Assembly (NCBI GenBank): GCA_951406725.2
Contig: OX597837.1
Coordinates: 18,972,001-19,036,000, forward strand
Source of the DNA: Octopus vulgaris
Taxonomy: Eukaryota
Reading direction: 5' to 3'
DNA length: 64,000 bases
Shown here: piece by piece, positions 26,341 through 40,364 of the stretch
Numbering within the stretch: position 1 is the stretch's first letter
Layout of the letters: every line of letters starts with the position of its first letter
The notes under the pieces: generated by a model
What the model was told of the DNA's origin: nothing
Database searches by the model: none
Seen by the model: only the letters and a program-made list of their open reading frames with translations
Translations under genes and position numbers: made by a program

Positions 26341-27561
26341 GTAAGTTTTACTTAATCATTGGTGTGAGAGTTGTAGTCTTGTGGCTACCGGGTTGTGAAA
26401 GCTATGTCAATGTGGGAGGTGTATTGTGAAAGATACTATGTTGGGGGGACTGTGTAGACATGAGAGTTACATGGCTTTTAGAGTGATGTGGCTGTGAGAG
26501 CTGAGTACATCTTTTGCTACGGGAACTATGTAGGTATGAAGGCTTTGTAAGTGTAAGTTCTGTGCAGATATAAGAGCTGTGTAGCTATGTTGATGTGAAA
26601 GCTACATTTATTTCATCATCTTTACATATTGAGTTCAAATTCTGCTGATGTTAGCTTTGCATTTTATTCTTCTGAGGTCAATAAATAAAGTACCAGCCAA
26701 CAGTAGTGAACTGATATAAATGTCAGAGTGTGAGACAGGATGCTTTGCAATGTTAGCTCTGGCTTTTTGCATTCTGAGTTGAAATTCTGCTGTGGCCTTC
26801 AAAAGTAGTCGACTAATCCATTGCCACGTTTAACACCATCAGCTGGCACTTTTAGGTTCTGCTACCAGAGTCCAGCCTGTTGCAAACATTTGGAGCAGGT
26901 TTCTGGTTTTAGGATATCTCCTTCCTCCCACCAATTTTGAAGGCCCTCTAAAGGGTAATGGGCACTGCCTTTCCACCTAACTGAGCAATTAAAAACAATA
27001 TGTAGCTGTCTCAACAATGTAGCTGAGATAGCTACATTGTGGTTGTTGTGAAAGCTGTGAGAGTTCTGTGTGGTCACAAAAGCTCTGTTAACACAAGAGC
27101 TGCACAGACATGATAGATATATAGGTGGGACAGCTACATAAATGGCATAGTTGTTTAAATGCGAGAGTTGTGTAGCTGTGAGAGTTGTCTAGACACAAGA
27201 GTTGTGTTGATGTGAAAGTTGTATATATATAAACATGGGAGCTGTTTCCGTTAGAAATGTTACTGTTTCTTGGTGACAGGGTGGGATTTGAACTTAGAAT
27301 GCACAGATACCACAAGACATCATGTCAGATGCTCTAACAATTCTAACATCCTCTTCCCTGGACAAGTTGACCTTGGTAGGATTTGAACTCAGAACAAATA
27401 AGTGAGAGACATTCTATCCTTCATTTTAACACTTCAGCCACTTCACCGCCATATGAGATATAGCTGTTGTATTGTCACATTGTTTATGCTGAATTATCTT
27501 CACCACTTCTTTTGTCATTGTCATGGTTTGTGTTATAGTTCCAAATATTTTTCTTTCACAG

Positions 27562-27633
27562 CAACTGAATAGTGTTTACCAAGAAGTGAAAAGTATGAAT
27601 GAATGTTGCCAGGACATGACCAACAGATTAAAG
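27562..27633 (+). CDS. COG6: COG6 exon 3
   Basis: tcacAG / QLNSVYQEVKSMNECCQDMTNRLK / GTAAAT; 72 nt. Confidence 0.93.
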
Positions 27634-30139
27634 GTAAATGGAGACACCATCATCATCACCACCATCATTGTCTTCACTGCCAATGCCATCATACCCACCT
27701 GCTATATTCCTCTGTCTTGCCATGCAATCAACCTTAGTCCTTTATTACACGCTGTCAAAGTCATGGTCCTTTTGTCCTATTTTGGCTTGTAAAATACTTT
27801 ACAGACGTTTTCTAATAATTGAAATAATCATGAAAAAAATTATTTAAAATCAGTTTATAGAAATGAACATTATAATATTTCTTTTTACTATTGGTAGAAG
27901 GCCTGAAATTTTGGGGGAGGGGGGTAGCTGATTACATTTATCCCAGGGCTCAGCTGGACCTCATTAACCTGAAAGGATGAAAGGCAAAGACAACTTGGCA
28001 GAATTTGAACTCAGAACATAAAGCTTTAATTTTATTGTGTCTTGGGAGGGTCAATATGCCAATAATAATGACACAGTCACAGGTTCAATTCCACTTCTTT
28101 ATTGTTAGTTGAGTGAGAAGGGAAGTCACTGAAAAAGGTTGTGAAAGAAATCAACGAAAAAACTTTGACTAACAAACAACCGGTTGATTGTTTAACCATC
28201 ACACTAAACAAATGATTGATTAGTTAGTTGGTTAGATATTTAACTAATTGAATAATGGTAAAGAAGTGGAATTGAATCAGTGTGTGTGTAATTATTATTA
28301 CACAGACACAAAGAGAGATACAAAGACACACACACACACGATGAGCTTCTTTCAGTTTCTTATTACCAAATTCACTCACAAAGCTTTGGTTGACTTGAGG
28401 CTATTGTAGATGACACTTGACCAAGGTGCCATGCAGTGGGACTGAATCATGTGGTTGGGAAGCAAACTTCTTGCCACACACCCATGTTTGTTTGCACCTG
28501 TTATAAATATAGATATATAGCCCATCCAAAGTACCTTGAATCGCAGGATGGCCTGCTGTGCTTACCTTGGATCGTAGGGTGACTTGCTGTGCTTGAGGAG
28601 ACCTATTGAGTCAAGTACATCAACATCAATATAAAAATCAAATGGAAATTGTAGTTGTGATACCTGTGCCAGTGGCACATAAAAAACACCATCCAAACGT
28701 GGCCGATGCCAGTGCCGCCTTGACTGGCTTTCGTGCTGGTGGCATGTTAAAAGCACCAACCGATTGTGGCCATTGCCAGCCTCCCCTGGCACATAAAAAG
28801 CACCCGCTACACTCATGGAGTGGTTGGCTTTAGGAAGGGCATCCAGCTGTAGAAACACTGCCAGATCATACTGGAGCCTGGTGCAGCCTCCTGGCTTCCC
28901 AGACCCTGGTTGAACTGTCCAACCCATACCATCCTATATATACATATACACACACATCAAATATTTTCTCCAGACAGTTCTATGTTTCCTGTACAAACAC
29001 AGCAATAAACATTATCATTGTAAATATAAACTTTTTTCATTTTTATTGAGCTCTCTGCTAAAATATTTTGTGCAAGAAATATTTTTTATATTTATGAGAT
29101 ATTATTTTTAACATTTATTTCTGTAAGTTGATTAAATAAAAAAAAAATGTTAATTCTAGCTGTTAGAGCCCTCTTTATAGCATTTTGCAAGCAATAAAGA
29201 CCCATAAAAAAGATCCACTTTTTTCAACTTCCCTTCAGTGTTTTGTATATGAGTGGCAAAGTTTAATATGACTGCTTCTTTTTGTTTCCATTGATGACAG
29301 AGCAACAACAGTTAGCTTCTGCTATGTTTGTTGTAGAAACACATATCATTGACTAGTGAAGGTGTGTAATCTTAGTTTGGGTGTATAGCAGAGCACAAAT
29401 GAACTGAGGGGATGTACAAGAAAGAAAATTATGCATATAGTGACAGGTGATGCATGGGAAGATGGCCGATTTTGTGTTGTTACATCCATAACTTGATACA
29501 TCAATTTGATGCTGCGGTAGTTACTTCTCTGTAAATTTGCTGTTTTAGGATTTTGATAATGACATCATTGTGTACGACTGGTGTGTGTGGTGTTGTATAT
29601 GTATGACTATGTATAAGTACAATGTGTGAAGAAAATAAACTCTTCATTTATGGTGAGAGGACTGCAAATGGAGGAAGAGCAAACTTTGTTGTTAGGGTGG
29701 AACTGACCAGTTGGCAATATATATATATATATATATTTCTGTTCATGAGGACAAGGGGAAAACACCTCGCTTTTAGTGTTCAGGTTATTAATAGCCTAAA
29801 TTATACTTTTCCTTTCAGCCATTTCCAATGATTGTCAATTTACCTTTCTTTGCTTGGAAGGTTCTGAAACTGCCTAGTAACATGAATTAGCTGTTAGAAT
29901 AAATTTATAATATTATATGAATATTTTGACCACTCTGTTATCTAATGTATGAGTACCTGTTTTGTTCCGACTTGTGAAAACTTACTGGACAAATATACCC
30001 AGGATACATGTATATATTATTAATGAATGACATTGGAATAGATGCATAATTCATTTTCACTTGTAAATAACAAAATTGTCAAATAGTCTAATTGCCATTT
30101 TAATAATTAACTCTAATATTTCCTTCCATCCAACTCCAG

Positions 30140-30198
30140 ACTGCAAAAGAACAAACTCGTGACCTTTTGAACCAAACCACAGGACTGCAAGGTGAAAG
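30140..30198 (+). CDS. COG6: COG6 exon 4
   Basis: ctccAG / TAKEQTRDLLNQTTGLQGE(S) / GTCAGT; 59 nt, ends in phase 2. Confidence 0.92.
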
Positions 30199-31559
30199 GT
30201 CAGTATGCACTTCTCTGTGTGTGTGTGTATTGGGTTTGAAGTAATGTGTGCTCAGCTGCTGTGCTAAAAACAATTGTAAATATGAAACGAAACTGAAGAT
30301 ATAATGAAATTCTGTAGCATAATGTAACAATTGTAATGAAAACCTTTATATTTATGCATCAAAAGAGAAATAAGAGTCGCCATGGTTTCATCTACTCTGC
30401 ATTTCGAAAGTGAAGGCGATACGCATCTTCGATAGAAACCTTCCTTCCTGTGAAAAGCAAATTAAATAAAATTTGAGATCTTTTTGCGGAGGGGTAAAAA
30501 TGGTAACAAAAATAGGACAGTAACGACAGTACAAAATATAAACAGTAAAAGACAGGACAAGGAGAATAACAAGTCAAGAAGGGCTGTTAAGCCGAACGAG
30601 AAAAAGTATTACGAACGCTATTTTGAAGAACGGCGAAGGAGCAACAGAAAATGCCGTCTACACTTCAAGGAAGTCAGGCCAGAAAGACAGTAGCAGAGCT
30701 CTCGTCGTAGGTCAATGACGGGAGGGAGGAGGAGGAGCAAGAGAAAGGGAGAGAAAAAAAGGGGATGGTTGTGAGGAAACCAGAAAGAATGAAGAATGAG
30801 AGAGAGGGAGAGACAGTAAGGTAGAAGAAAAGGAAACCAGAAGGAATGAAGGCTGAGAAAGGGAGGTGGACAGAAAAGTCAAGAGTGCGCATCATTATTA
30901 ATATCAAGAACAATCTTACTTAGAAATGGATGCATGCGTTCCGTCATATAATAGATTAATAAATAAAACATATGCATATATACATACATATATATATGTA
31001 CCTACCTCTACATGTATATATACATGCATATATGGGTACAGGACACCAAAAATATGTCGAACACAATGAGAAACGAAAACATAAGCACAAAACCAAGGAA
31101 CTGGACATTTTTCTTAAACAACGAAAAAATAGAGTACAGGACAAATAACATAGTGCTAGTGCATGTATATATGTGTACGTATTACATGTACATCTATCTA
31201 TCTATATATATATATATATATATATACATCTACACATAAAATACAAAGTTATATCTTGATATCGCTAATGATAACAATACTGAAAATATATAATAGACTG
31301 GAATTGTAGGACTATTCCATTTCTGCACGCTAATTTTATTTTTAATTTATGTGAAACCACTTATTCAAGTTCAAGTCATTGATGCAATTTTATACCAATT
31401 GCTATTTTTTACTTTTGTTATGTTATGATTATATTATACTTTAGTTTGATTTTAATTATTACTTACTACATATACTTCAATTGTTATTATTATCTCTAAT
31501 TTTTATTGTTAAAGTGAAAGTATCTGACATAAAATAGAGAAATGTTTTTGTTTCACTTT

Positions 31560-31761
31560 TAACACGTAATACTGAAATAGTGGAGAAGATATGATATTGC
31601 TGGGCTCGCCCTAGGCAAGAAGTTGAACATTTTTTTTGCCCATGAAACTACATGGACCCTAAGTAAGGCAGGTGTAAAATTTGAATGAAATTGGTTGTGT
31701 AGTTCTCAAGTTTTAGTGAAACAGACAGACAGACACATTCTCAGTTTTATATATATAGAGA
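31560..31761 (-). mobile_element. Non-autonomous Helitron/Helentron-like 5' end
   Basis: Minus strand A|TCTCTATATATATAAAA then a (TCTG)n microsatellite and accaatttcattcaaatttt, the typical DINE-1/Lep1-like layout. Confidence 0.6.
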
Positions 31762-33378
31762 TGTATGTATGTATCATCATCATCATCATCGTTTAACGTC
31801 CGTTTTCCGCGCTAGCACGGGTTGGACGGTTTGACCGGGGTCTGGGGAGCAGGGACTGCCCCAGGCTCCAGTCTGATCTGGCAGTGTTTCTACAGCTGGA
31901 TGCCCTTCCTAACGCCAACCACTCCGCGAGTGTAGTGGGTGCTTTTTACGTGCCACCTGCACAGGTGCCAGAGGGGTCTGGCATCAGCCACGATCGGTTA
32001 TTGCCTTTTTTCGTTGCATTGCGGCAGGGGGGAGGGTTCCGGCAGAGAGGAGAGAGGGAGAGAGAGTGGGGGGGGTGCATGTAATATAGGGGAGCACCAG
32101 TGGGGAAGGTTCGGGGTAAAGAGAAACGATGACAGGTAGGGTTGGTGGCAGGTTCTAGACAGAATGAAAAGTAGGAAGTAAAACGTAGGATATCACGAGT
32201 GGGGGAGGGGGCTGGAAGGAGATAGCCGGTTGAGGCAGTGACACATTTCAAAACAGGAGGAACATAAGATAACAGGTTAAATGGGACGTTTGATGAGCTG
32301 CAGCGCTAGCTGCTTCTGTCCAGGGGGAGAGAGGCAGGGGTAAAATACATAGTGAGAAAGTATATTGAGGAGGAGGGGTAGGAGGAACAGACACACGTAG
32401 TGGTGGCGGTGGTAGAGGGGATATCCGGTGAGGATGGTGTAAACAGAGTGTTCTCCGGTATGGGTGGTGGGGGTGGGAGGGAGGGCGGGCAAACCGCGAA
32501 CGAATGGCGGGCTGCGAAGATTTTGATTGGGGACAGTAGACTTAAAACAATTGGGGTTTGAAGAAATGAACAGAGTAACGAACAAATTAACTTGGTACCG
32601 AGGGGTTAAACAAATTAAAGGGTTATATTTTAAGAACAAGCAGAATTAGTGAATAGATTCGAACATTTAAGGGTAATATATATTAATGAGTATGTAGTAT
32701 TTTTATTATTCATTAAATTATATTCAATTGTATCTTTTGGAGAGAACAGGATATAAAGCTTTCATTTTTTTTATTATAGTAGTAACTATGGAAGACTGGT
32801 GGGATTATTATTTTGATGGACTTAAAGATTGGTCACTACTTAGTACATAATTTAGTTATTGTAGGTTTACTATTAATACCGATATAGATGTACATAGATT
32901 TATGTGTTTCTTTGTTGTATTTTAATTTTAAAGTTAGTGCTTAATCCTGCCTGTATTTAGATTGAATGAATGTGGTTATTAAGCTTTCACTTTTATATTA
33001 TACCATGGAAGACGGTAGAGAATAATTTTTGTATGACTTAAAGGTTTGGTCGCTGTTTCGTTACATAGTTAAGAGTTAGTTATTGATTTACTTGTTGAAT
33101 TTATTTACCGATACGATTGTACATAGGGTAAATGTGTTTGAAAGTTGTGGTTTCTTTGGTATGTTTGTTCCCAAACAACACTTATTTTAGTGCTGTTGAC
33201 ACCACCAGATTGAATAGTACTTCCCATGTGTTGAAACCATAATGATATCCGTGGGGCAGCTGATGTAGGTATGTTGGATTGTTGGTATGACTGGAATAGT
33301 ATTATAACACATCCTTTTGATATATATATATATGGATGTATATTATATATGTTATATATGAATATATACTTGTGTATG

Positions 33379-33413
<35 letters not shown>

Positions 33414-33700
33414 GTTGCATATCTATATGTGTGTGTGTGTAAGTGTATATAATATGTAGGTATATATATACACACACACACACACATATACACACATACA
33501 TGCATGGCTATGTGGTAAGAGGAGGTCTGCTTCCCAATCACATGGTTCTGGGTTCAATCCCACTGCATGGTACTTTGGGAAAGTGTACCTGACTAAAGCC
33601 TTGTGATGGGATTATATGAGGTTGAAAAATTGGGTCAGTTTCCGTTTGAAATTGTATTGAAACCTTTTCAATTACTATTTTTGGTTTCTTGCCAATCTAG

Positions 33701-33812
33701 TCAGAAATTACAGATGAAAGCACAAGTCGCTGACGCCTTCTTGGATAAATTCCAGCTGAAACCTGAAGAATGTAAAGTTCTGCGTGGTTCTAAAACCACT
33801 GGTCTACATAAG
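33701..33812 (+). CDS. COG6: COG6 exon 5
   Basis: atctAG / (S)QKLQMKAQVADAFLDKFQLKPEECKVLRGSKTTGLHK / GTAATT; 112 nt. Confidence 0.93.
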
Positions 33813-34099
33813 GTAATTACTACTTTCCATTGTTGTTGTTTTTACTCTTTCTCTTCAAGGACGAAGTTGGGATCTAGTTAAATTGCTTCACAAAATCAGC
33901 CCCCTTTAATTTTGCTCAGATTGCTTTCAGTTTTGGTGTATTGATGCAACTCTGAATTTTGATTATGATCAACCAATTACTTTATCTCATAGATTAAAGA
34001 ATCTGATGTTATTTGGAATTAAAGTTGGGAAATTTGGATAATTTTAGCCAATCAACAGACAGTATGGCATTAGCAGCTTGTTACCATGACAACTGCATG

Positions 34100-34546
34100 T
34101 TGTGTTGTGCTTCACTTCCCCACATCTGTGCTACACATGTGTTGTGCATGCATGTGTGTGTATGTATGTGTGCATGTATGTGTGGATGTTGTGTGTGAAG
34201 AGGTTTATGTGCATTTGTGTGTGCATGTGTGTATCTGTGTGCATGTATGTGTGTTGTGTGTGTATGGGTATATGTGTATTCATGTGTGCATATGTGTGTG
34301 TGTGTGTGTGTACATGTATGTGTGTGTATGTATGTATGTTGTGTGTGTATGTTGCGTGTGTATGTATGTTGTGTGTGGAGGGGTATATATGTGTGTTCAT
34401 GTGTGTGTGTGTGTGCATGTGTGTATGTGTGTGCATGTATGTATGTTTGTGTGGGTATATATGTGCATTCATGTGTGTGTCTGTGTGTGTGCATGTATGT
34501 ATGTTGTGTGTGTATGTATGTTGTGTGTGTATGTGTTTTGTGTGTG
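34100..34546. repeat. Degenerate (TG)n/(TATG)n microsatellite
   Basis: Directly visible; source of the Cys/Val/Met ORFs. Confidence 0.9.
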
Positions 34547-34620
34547 GGATCTAGTTAAATAGATTCACATGTACATATAAATTTATATATGAATACATAC
34601 ATCCACATGTGCTTATATAG

Positions 34621-34896
34621 TTTTAATGAAACACCAGTGTCAACTTTAAGGTTGTACTCTGTGAAATTTATAGTTTAGTGTCTGTGAAATGACCTGTTTC
34701 TTGTGTTTACTTTATGCGTATTTCAGTATTATGTATACCTGTCATGTCCATGACATGTATACATAATGGACATGACAGGTATACATAATACTGAAATACG
34801 CATAAAGTAAACACAAGAAACAGGTCATTTCACAGACACTAAACTATAAATTTCACAGAGTACAACCTTAAAGTTGACACTGGTGTTTCATTAAAA
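34621..34896. repeat. Perfect 131-bp inverted repeat with a 14-nt spacer (COG6 intron 5)
   Basis: 34621-34751 is the exact reverse complement of 34766-34896. Confidence 0.95.
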
Positions 34897-36078
34897 ATAC
34901 ACAGTTGTTTTCGATTTTTAAACCTCTGTAACTTTTCCCTCAAATTTTTTTTTCCACAAGATCATGGATTCACAGCAATAAGAGTGGAAAACTAAATCAA
35001 TATAACTGATTTTCAGATTTTTTTTTTACTTACTTTTTAAAAATGCAGATTCTGTGAATCAATTTTGATCCCAAATTTGTAACTTGGTTGTATTGTAAAG
35101 TATTTATGTGGAGCCTCTGTATTTATTGTGAGATCATGGAACTCTACCTGAAAATTACCTGTCCATGGTGCAGCTCTCAACAGGTTTATTTTTTAACAGA
35201 AGGTTAGCATTGCCCATTTATATAAGCCTTCTCTATCCACACCATTGATGTTTTCCAAGTGAAAGGACAAGAATCGATACTGCTTGGTACGAATCAAACT
35301 GCAAAGAGTGCAGGGAATTCAAATGAACTCTCAAACATTCTACCTATCCACCACCCTGTATTTCCGTAATTGTATTTTATCTCCTGATATTGAAATGATG
35401 AAAGGCTATTTTGAACTCACAGGGAACCATATCAAATACCTTGAAGATATTCTATTTGCTGGTCTACCAGGTCTCTTATTATACACCTCTTTATATTATT
35501 GTCAGCAGATTCAAAGAACTGTTACCTGTGTTAGCAGGGTACCTCTTCCTGCAAATGGAAATTTCTAGATTACAAATATTAAGCTGCTCTCTGAAATAAA
35601 CAGTAATTTAATATACATTATAGGTGAAGCATGGCTGCGTGGTAAGAAGTTTCTTTCCTAACCACATGGTTTTGGACCCAGTCCCACTGCATGGCACCTT
35701 GGACAAGTGCTTTTTCCTGTAGCCTTAGGCCAACCAAATCTTTGTGAGTGGATTTGGTAGATGGAAACAGAAAAAGCTTATATATATATATATATATATA
35801 TACATACATTGAAGAAAAAGAGATTAAGAAATCCAGTCAGATATCAATAAAGCATTCAGTTTAAATGAATTTGATTAACAGTATCCAATGATCAGGCACC
35901 AATAACTGTAAGTCAAATACACATCCAAGATAAATCCTCATGTATCACAAGTAGATCCAAATATCATTTAGACGAATTTCAAGAAACCCAGTGTATTTGA
36001 CAACAAAAAATATGTATAGAGAAAAGTACATCTCTATTGTAGAATTCACCTTAAAAAGCCGACAATTGTTTCTATTGT

Positions 36079-36115
<37 letters not shown>

Positions 36116-36191
36116 ATCACTGGCATTGATATTTCCAAAAATATGCAAAACATATTATCATGGTGATTCAAAATTAGTGAAATTCAAAGTG

Positions 36192-36227
<36 letters not shown>

Positions 36228-36454
36228 TTAATGTCTGTTTTCCATGCTGGCATGAGTTGGACAGTTGACTGAAAACTGGCAAGCTGGGGAGCTGCACCAG
36301 ATTTTACTCTGATTTGACATGGTTTCCACAGCTGGATGCCCTACCTAATGCCAGCCACTCCAAGAGTGTAGTGGGTACTTTTTACGTAGCAGTTACAAAC
36401 CACTGGCATCAGCCATGACTACAATCTCACTTGGTATGACAGGTCTCAATCACT

Positions 36455-37030
36455 TGTCATTGCCTTCATGTCTTCTTGGTTCTACCTCTTCCACAGGTTC
36501 CCTCCACAGCTAGAGACTGGCATTTCTTCACACAGTTGTCCTTGTCCATACACATTACATGACCATACCAGCACAGTCTTCTGCCAGATTTTTCTCTCAA
36601 GATGCTTACACTGTGTCGTACATGCACGCTGACATTGCACATCTGGCGAAGCATACCAGCTTTATTTCTTTCAAGCCTTCACATGTCTTCGGTGGTCACA
36701 GCTCTTGTTTCATTGCTGTGTAGCATGTCTCTTTGCACACAGGTATTGTACAATCTGCTCTTCACTCTGAGGGAGAGGCCCTTTGTTACCAACAGAAGTA
36801 GGAGCTCTCTGACTTTGCTCAGCACCTGTACTCTTGGAGCATCCACTTTTGCTACTGACTTGGTTACCTAGGTAATGGAAGCTATCAACTACTTCTAGTT
36901 TTCCCAATTGGCATTTGACAGAGTCTCTTTTCAGTACATTTCTAGTGTTCATTGTACTTGTGCACCTTCCACACAAAAACTATTTCCCCTGTTGACATTC
37001 CTCTGATATTGCTGTACTTCTTATGTGTTG
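36455..37030 (-). mobile_element. RTE-clade LINE 3' fragment
   Basis: LEVVDSFHYLGNQVS, MLRQMCNVS, RLCWYGHVMCMD, EGTCGRGRTKKT. Confidence 0.85.
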
Positions 37031-37559
37031 GTGTTGTTTTTTGTTTTTTTAACTATGTTATGCTTATATACTGTATTTATCGGTTCCAAATTTTAGTCAA
37101 GACCAATAGTTTTAGGGGAGGAGCTAAGTTGATTAAATCAACCTGAGTGCTCAACTGGTACTTAATGTTATCGATTCTGAAAGGATGAAAGGTAAAGTCA
37201 ACCTCAGCAGAATTTGAACTGAGAATGTAGAGATGGAGGAAATGCTGCAAAGCTTCTTGTCTGGCTTGCTAACGATTCTACCAGTTTGCTGCCTTATACG
37301 TACTGTACATATTAATGTATAAGGTGACAGAGTGCAGAAGGTGCATAAGAATTTACCAAAGCAGAGGTTAATCTACCACCCACCCACCAACCAACCAGTT
37401 AACAACTTACTGTTCATCACAAGGTTTAAGGGTCAGATTTTATACTTTATTTTATAAGGGAAGGGGATGTTTTTAAGGTTAGAGAGTCATCTTATATTCC
37501 AGAATATATGTTTTTTTCTGTTGTTATGTGACTTAAAACATTGTAAAATATCATTTCAG

Positions 37560-37642
37560 GACTTCTTCAAAGTGTTGTCCAGAGTGAAACAGATCCACAA
37601 CGACTGTAAAGTATTACTGCGAACCAACCAACAGACTGCAGG
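37560..37642 (+). CDS. COG6: COG6 exon 6
   Basis: tttcAG / [27 protein letters not shown](G) / GTAAAG; 83 nt. Confidence 0.95.
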
Positions 37643-38145
37643 GTAAAGATGTAGCATTTCTTTTCAACAGATTGTGTTACTATTTCTAAATAATAATTCT
37701 CATTTAAGGAAGGTTTGGCTGCTATGTCTAAATTGTAGAATGTGATATGATAGAGATTTATTTGCTGTTTCTTAATTATTTTGTGTGATTTGAAGGAGAT
37801 TTGGTCATTATTTCTAGATGATAGGATATGATTTGAGGGAGATTTGGCAGCTACTTCTAAATAATTAGGTGTGATTTGAGGAAGATAAGGTAGAAAAGGA
37901 AATTGATTGAATGGAATGTTTGATATAAACTTCTAGCTGAAGTCAAAGTTCAGTGGTACATGTTTACAGCTAGGCAGACTGTACCACTCCATGTCTGCTT
38001 GATTGACTACTAAATGATTAACATTCAGTTAATAGTAATAAATTATATACTGACACAGCCAGTACTGTACAATAACACTGTCTGTGTTACTGTGTGGTGC
38101 CCAGTACCATGTATAGACAATAACATGATTAATTATATTATCCAG

Positions 38146-38216
38146 ATTAGAAATCATGGAATCAATGGCATTACAGCAAGAATCAGCTTACGAGCGACTT
38201 TACCGCTGGACTCAGA
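38146..38216 (+). CDS. COG6: COG6 exon 7
   Basis: atccAG / (G)LEIMESMALQQESAYERLYRWTQ / GTAAGT; 71 nt. Confidence 0.95.
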
Positions 38217-38869
38217 GTAAGTTCACTTTAGTCACTGTTGTCTTTTATATATGTGTATGCTAGTGTGTGTGTTTTGTGTGTGTATCTCAGAAAGATCGTC
38301 ATCGTTTTAATGTCCACTTTTCAATGTTCATATGGGTCAGATGGAATTCTGTTGAGGAGGATTTTTTATAGCAGGATGCCTTTCCTGTGCCAACCCTCAT
38401 CTGTTTCCCAAGTAAAGTAATATTTCCATTTGGCCAGACATATTTTTCATGGAAGTTTAGGAGTAAAGGACACAACTTGAATGGGAGAGGCATTCATTTC
38501 CAGCTATCAGGTGATGTTAAGCCAAACTGTCTATGCGACTCATCGCCTTGCCAGCTTCTGTCAAACCATCCAACCCATGCCATCATGGAAAATGGATGTT
38601 AAATGATGATGATGATGAGGGCAATGATATATACATGCATGAATACATGCACACCTAAATGTATATTTCTTCAGTATATATGTTTATATAATCACATATA
38701 TGCATGTGTGTGTATGTCTATGTGTGTGTATACGTATATATATATATATGTGTGTACGTATATATCTGTGTGTGTGTATGTGTATTTATGTGTGTATGTA
38801 TTTATTTTCAAGCAGTAGCATTTAAATACGAATATATATATATAAACAAATGAGTTGGTTTAATTCCAG

Positions 38870-38963
38870 ATGAATGTCGGGCACTCACTGGAGATTCTCC
38901 TGACATTTTCCCTCTCCTCTGCTCTGCCATGGAAGCTCTTCAAGACCGACCATTGTTGCTAAA
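38870..38963 (+). CDS. COG6: COG6 exon 8
   Basis: ttccAG / (N)ECRALTGDSPDIFPLLCSAMEALQDRPLLL / GTAAGT; 94 nt. Confidence 0.94.
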
Positions 38964-39211
38964 GTAAGTACAAACTGATATCTAGTTTATTTTTGTAACC
39001 CTGCAGATACCAGACAGATAGAATTGAATAAATCACTAGAGAAACAAATAAGTCTGCTTGATATCATGGTTGTAGTTGGTACCAGGAGGATAATTCCATT
39101 AGACAAAAATGAGAAAAAAGACTAGGTCAGTGAAAAAATACTTATTAAAATAAGCACAAATATGAGATACAAGGCCTGAGTCAGACTTCCCATTGAGAAA
39201 AAAACAGAAAA

Positions 39212-39495
39212 GTCATATCATTTTAGCCCCTGGCAGAACTTCTGCTAGCTGATTACAGGTGCAGACTGCACCCTATATATATATATATTGGAAGCAGGGA
39301 AGCGAATCCCTATTATCCTCCAGCAGACAATGGGATCACGAGACTAACTCAGTTTCAGTGTGGGTCAGTCTCACGATCCCTTTGTCTGCTGGAGGATAGT
39401 AGGGGTTTGCTCTCCTGCTTGCAATATATACAGGATATAGGCTACACCTATAATCAGCTGGCAGAATATCTGCCTGGGGTTAAAATGGTAGTGAC
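39212..39495. repeat. Diverged palindromic MITE-like hairpin (~135-bp arms, ~10-nt loop) in COG6 intron 8
   Basis: cattttagcccctggcaga..tatcctccagcagacaatgggatc mirrored by gatccctttgtctgctggaggata..tctgcctggggttaaaatg. Confidence 0.8.
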
Positions 39496-40287
39496 ATTGA
39501 ACAACCATATTGATGTGGTGATTAACTTTACTTGTCAGTTTAGAAACTACTCTCATCTCTTACTAAGAATTTTCCAATTGGCTATTTTGCTAATCACATT
39601 AAACATTCACTTTAATAAGTTCTCAGATAACTGTCCATTGATTACACATAGACTTGTTGAATCACATTAAATGTGGAATATTTCATGCTGGCGAGGGGGA
39701 AAAGAGGTATCCATTTCTGTTGGTTCACAAACTCTTCAACTTTTTTCATTCATCCTACGATGTGGTTGAACAACCAATTTCTACCGGTCGCGATTCACTG
39801 TATAGGTTGTGTTATTCATCTTTCCAACCACTAAATGCCAAATGTGGCTCACATGACCTCCATTCTCATCCTTGTAATGCCAATCTGTCACAAGATTACC
39901 CATTTACAAATGACTGGGCAGAAGCAACATGAAATTATGTGTTTTATAGTCAGGAGCACAACCTATAACTGGTCAGGAAATAGAACTCATGAACTTGTGA
40001 TCACAAGTGTCACTCCCTCGCCACTAAGCCATCTAGAATGCTAGGTTCTTAACAGTTATTACATCCGCACAGTTTCTGCTGGACTATTGCTCTGCCACTG
40101 TGTACCTGTAGTCACTGCTGTCATGCAATGTCCTGTGTTCTGAACAGTTATTACTGTTACATGCATCACTATTGTCATATATCTCTAGTTGTTACTGTTA
40201 CATCTAATATTACCCTGTCTTTGTACAGTTGTTGTGACATGCTTTGTACAGTTGTTGTGACATGTAACAATATATTTTCCTTTGCAG

Positions 40288-40364
40288 TTACTCCCTGGAT
40301 GAATATGGTACTGCTCGGCGCACAGCTATTGTCCGTGGTTTAATTGATGCTTTGACCCGAGGAG
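40288..40364 (+). CDS. COG6: COG6 exon 9
   Basis: ttgcAG / (N)[25 protein letters not shown] / GTCAGT; 77 nt. Confidence 0.94.

Noticed and set aside
26360-27250. Degenerate ~19-bp periodic gagagttgtgtagctgtg repeats
   Set aside because: Ordinary decayed minisatellite split by a SINE; no structure or spacer pattern.
30392-30660. Possible further Penelope remnant on the minus strand (TCGAAGA..GAAATGCA and a frameshifted NTFSPFGLNS-like terminus)
   Set aside because: Core mutated, no convincing stem II, and the peptide needs two assumed indels; too degenerate to call.
31946-32639. Purine-skewed, G-rich segment with 101 and 120 aa minus-strand ORFs
   Set aside because: No recognisable motif or splice sites in frame; probably a decayed retroelement 5' region, which I cannot classify.
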